A stretch of 63,835 nt of DNA, filler included, from Reclinomonas americana ATCC 50394 (taxonomy: Eukaryota): NCBI GenBank assembly GCA_048213135.1. It is 8 parts of 3 records of this genome, joined end to end, with 100 filler letters (N's around TTAATTAATTAA, not from the genome) between each part and the next. Parts side by side here need not be neighbours in the genome. Positions count along the whole stretch, not along the records: positions 60,612 to 63,835 come from PS015181.1; 7 more parts are not named here. One strand, 5' to 3'. This document shows, piece after piece, positions 60,616 through 63,835 of the stretch (its first letter is position 1; each line of letters starts with the position of its first letter). The translations under genes and the position numbers were made by a program. The notes beneath the pieces are model-generated. The model was not told where the DNA came from. It did not search any database and saw only the letters and a list, made by a program, of their open reading frames with translations.

Positions 60616-62422
60616 GGCGTGTGCGTGCAGGCCAGCACGCTCGGCTCGCTCGAGGCGCTGCTGGCGTTCTTGAAGACCAGTCACATTCCGGTGTCGGGTA
60701 TCAATATTGGGCCGGTGTTCAAGCGCGATGTCACGCGTGCGAGTGTGATGTTGGATGTGAAGCCGGAGTTTGCAGGTGTGGAGAAGGGGAAGGGGTGGTA
60801 GGGAAAGGATGGAGGAGAGGGGGAGAAGAGGGGGACAGGGTGGAAGGAAGCAAAGAGAAGGAGTGCCATGTTATTGGCAGTTTAGTTCGGTGTTCGGCGA
60901 AGGAGAGAAAAGGACGATGGAAGGGAAGGAAAAATGGCAGAAGAGTGCACTCAGTGCGTGTGGATGTATTGCTGTTGTTTTGCGGGTTTGAGAAATCTCT
61001 GTGTAACTTGCATGCTGATTATTCGTAGATTGCGGGTAAAGGTTGCGGAACAAGCATTGTTTTTCCTTGCTGTGAATTCTGTGGCCTTCTTGCACGAGAG
61101 GTCAGAAATTTCTTGCGTTGAGAGATTCTGGTGACTCGAGAGAGACCTCGTGTTGTTGGAGTCGCAGTTGCAATCTCGTGATTCTTCCTTTCTCTGTGAC
61201 TCGAGTGATCTGTTGCGATATGAGATTGTGGATTATTTTTGAATTGCAGCAGCGTGTCCTGATTCTTGTGCCACTGTCTTGCGATCGTGGTGTGCTCCTC
61301 TGTGAATCGAGTAATCTTCGATGTGTGTGGGAGGGCAGCGATGTCCTCAGTGGCAGAGTTCTTTCCGTGCACACGCCATCTGCTGGTTTGATGCTCATTG
61401 CTTGTCTCTTCCCAGTCATTCTCGCATTCGACGTGCGTGTGGAGCGTGAGGCTCTCGAGCTGGCCGAGTCACTCGGTGTGCGCATCATGACTGCCAATAT
61501 CATCTACCACTTGTTCGACCAGGTGCGTTGCTTTGCATCGAGTCTGTCACTTGCGCTGCGTTCTCATCGTCCTCGCAGTTCACGGCGTACATGGCCGATC
61601 TGGAGCGCCGAAAGCGCACCGAGTGCGTTGTTTGTGTTTGTTTGTTTCTTGATTCAGCACCGCTTACCACTTGCATCGCAGGGCCGAGGCTGAAGTCGTT
61701 TTCCCTGCCGAGATCACCATTCTTCCGCGTCACGTGTTCAGGTATTTTCATCTCCCGCTCCCCCTCCCCTTCTCTTTCCCCGCTCACTCTTCCCGCCCCC
61801 ACAGAACGCACGAGCCTATTGTCGTTGGCGTGCAAGTGACGCGTGGCATCCTGCGCGTTGGCACGCTGGTGGTGTGCCCCGAGAAGGATGTTGCGTCGCT
61901 TTGGTTGCACTCCACGATAAGTGGCCGATGGCGCTGATCCCCCACTCGCAGAACCTCGAGGTTGGCATTGTGTCGAGCATTGAGGAGAATCGCAAGAGCG
62001 TGCAGCAGGTGGTGAGGGGTGCACAGGTGTCGATCCGTATCGACAACCGCCCCGGCCACCCCGCGCGTACCATTGGTCGCCACGTGCCTGAGCAAGCGAC
62101 CTTTGTCAGCAAGATGACCCGCAAGAGCATCGACGTTCTCAAGGGTTTGTGTTGATTGTGTGTGCCGTGGTGCGATGGACTCGATCTCACTGTGCTTGTG
62201 GCCTGCACAGAGTACTTCAAGGACGAACTGAGTTTCGTGGCACTGCAGTCGGTTGCATCAATTACGACTTCATGACTCACCGCTTTTTGTTTGTGTGTAA
62301 CGCAGCCAAGGAGGATTGGAAGCTCGTTGGTTGCGTCTCCTGCTCTGCGCTCGTTCGTGCTCTTTGTTTGTGCTCACCTTTTGCACACAGTGGATCTCAA
62401 GCGCATCCTCGCCATCGACTAG
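60616..62422 (+). CDS. EIF5B: Translation initiation factor eIF5B, C-terminal part
   Basis: [72 protein letters not shown] and [37 protein letters not shown]. Confidence 0.96.
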
Positions 62423-62494
62423 ACATCTCCGCCTTCGCCTCTTTCATGTCTATCCATGCAATCAGCACCACAATACATTTCGTCTAGTTGAGTA

Positions 62495-63212
62495 TCTGAG
62501 CTCAGCAACTCGCGAAGCGAGTTGCTGTATGAGTAGCATGAAGGGGGCAGTACGTGCAGAGGGTGATAGCAAGAGGCTTGTGCACTTGAGAATGATTGCA
62601 TTTGTTCTCAGCAACTCGCGAAGCGAGTTGCTGTATGAGAAGCATGAAGGTGGTTGTGCATGGTGTGCGTTGCAGAGGCAGTAGAGGGTGACAGCTAGAA
62701 GTTTGTGTCCGTGTGTATGACTGCCTTTGATCTCACGAGTTGCTGTATGAGTAGCATGAAGGTGGCAGTGCGTGGTGTGCGTTGCAGAGGCAGCAGAGGG
62801 TGACAGCAACAGGTTTGTGTGCTTGAGTATGATTGTATTTGATTTCAGCAGCTCGCGAAGCGAGTTGTATGAGAAGCATGAAGGGAGCAGTGCGACGTGT
62901 GCGTTGCAGAGGCAGTAGAGGGTGATAGCAAGAGGCTTGTGCACTTGAGAATGATTGTATTTGATCTCAGCAACTCGCGAAGCGAGTTGCTGTGTGAGTG
63001 TCATGAAGGGAGCAGTGCGACGTGTGCGTTGCAGAGGCAGTAGAGGGTAACAGCTAGGAGGTCCGCGCACTGCATTTGAGCTCAGCAACTCGCGAAGAGA
63101 GTTGCTTTAGCATGAAGGCGGCAGTGCGTGGTGTGTGTTGCATAGGCAGTGGAGGGTTAAAGCTATAGGTTTGTGCACGTGAGTGTGATTGCATTTGCTC
63201 TCAGCAACTCAT
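62495..63212. repeat. Tandem array of ~105-125-nt units, most carrying an 11-bp stem / GAA-loop hairpin
   Basis: CAGCAACTCGC-GAA-GCGAGTTGCTG is perfect at 62503, 62609 and 62968, variant at 62846 and 63083, and truncated near 62732 and 63202. The sequence between hairpins is also repeated. Confidence 0.9.
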
Positions 63213-63649
63213 GTGCTGTGGCATTTCCCGAAGGGTACATGCTCGAAGTTCGTGCAAACGTCGTGGAGTTTTCAACACATGCACCCCAATCCTGTTGTTT
63301 TTTTTCGAGCGGTGTATCATATTCCTACTGCAAGCACCCGTTCGCCTGCATCAGCAGGCTGTAAAAGGCGCGGGAGCGCGAAGTCTAACAAAGCTCTCGC
63401 AGTGTCTACAGGACATCACCGAAACGTCGCGGATCACAACGAAACCTTTTGAGTGAGTGAGTGCGCGAGAGAGTGGGAGACAAATGCTGCGATTGTTTGG
63501 GCGCAAGGCAAAGAAGCCGGCATTGCCGGAGGGTATGTGTGTGTGAGAGAAGGAGTGTGTGAGTGAGTGTGTGTGATTCTCAACTGTTGTTGTGGCGAAA
63601 CAGCGAACTTGGAAGACACGGTGTCAAAGGTTTGTGTGTTGGTGGAGGA

Positions 63650-63744
63650 AGGGAGGCAGGAGTGAGGAGAGAGGAAAGGAGAGAGGAGAGGAGAGAGGAG
63701 GAAGAGAGGAATGTGAGAATGAAGATGTAAGACTGATTGAGTAA

Positions 63745-63835
<91 letters not shown>
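63650..63835. repeat. (GAGAG)n, (GT)n and (GA)n microsatellites
   Basis: Seen directly in the sequence. Confidence 0.95.

Noticed and set aside
62495-63212. CRISPR-like array of palindromic repeats
   Set aside because: The spacers are homologous to each other and too long, no cas genes are present, and the context is eukaryotic.

Overview
This is eukaryotic, GC-rich, gene-dense and intron-dense genomic DNA, probably from a protist; the organism cannot be identified from the sequence. It is a draft assembly with N gaps and seven artificial N44-TTAATTAATTAA-N44 contig linkers. Exon structures were rebuilt by hand from reading-frame continuity, so boundaries are approximate. Recognisable genes are a PPR protein, Sec24, a large LRR + coiled-coil protein, an LYR-motif protein, EFR3, a secreted PHB-depolymerase-like protein, Spo11, a secreted CE2/SGNH esterase, a secreted double-EGF-like Cys-rich protein, WD40 and ankyrin/RING-H2 proteins, and the 3' part of eIF5B. 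Four paralogous 7-bladed WD40 genes share a distinctive C-terminal module. Five observations stand out. (1) A large class of introns uses a one-nucleotide-shifted donor (/GTTGCGT) almost only when the exon does not end in G, whereas ordinary donors mostly read G/GTGCGT, suggesting two registers of 5' splice-site recognition. (2) The WD40 family has nearly intronless, internally conserved repeats with hypervariable surface positions and a conserved two-helix tail, resembling a diversifying receptor or ubiquitin-ligase adaptor family. (3) A ~1.8-2 kb inverted repeat brackets the Cys-rich secreted gene. (4) The PHB-depolymerase homolog lacks its nucleophilic serine. (5) A tandem array carries GCGAAGC hairpins. 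No rRNA, tRNA, CRISPR array or transposase was recognised.
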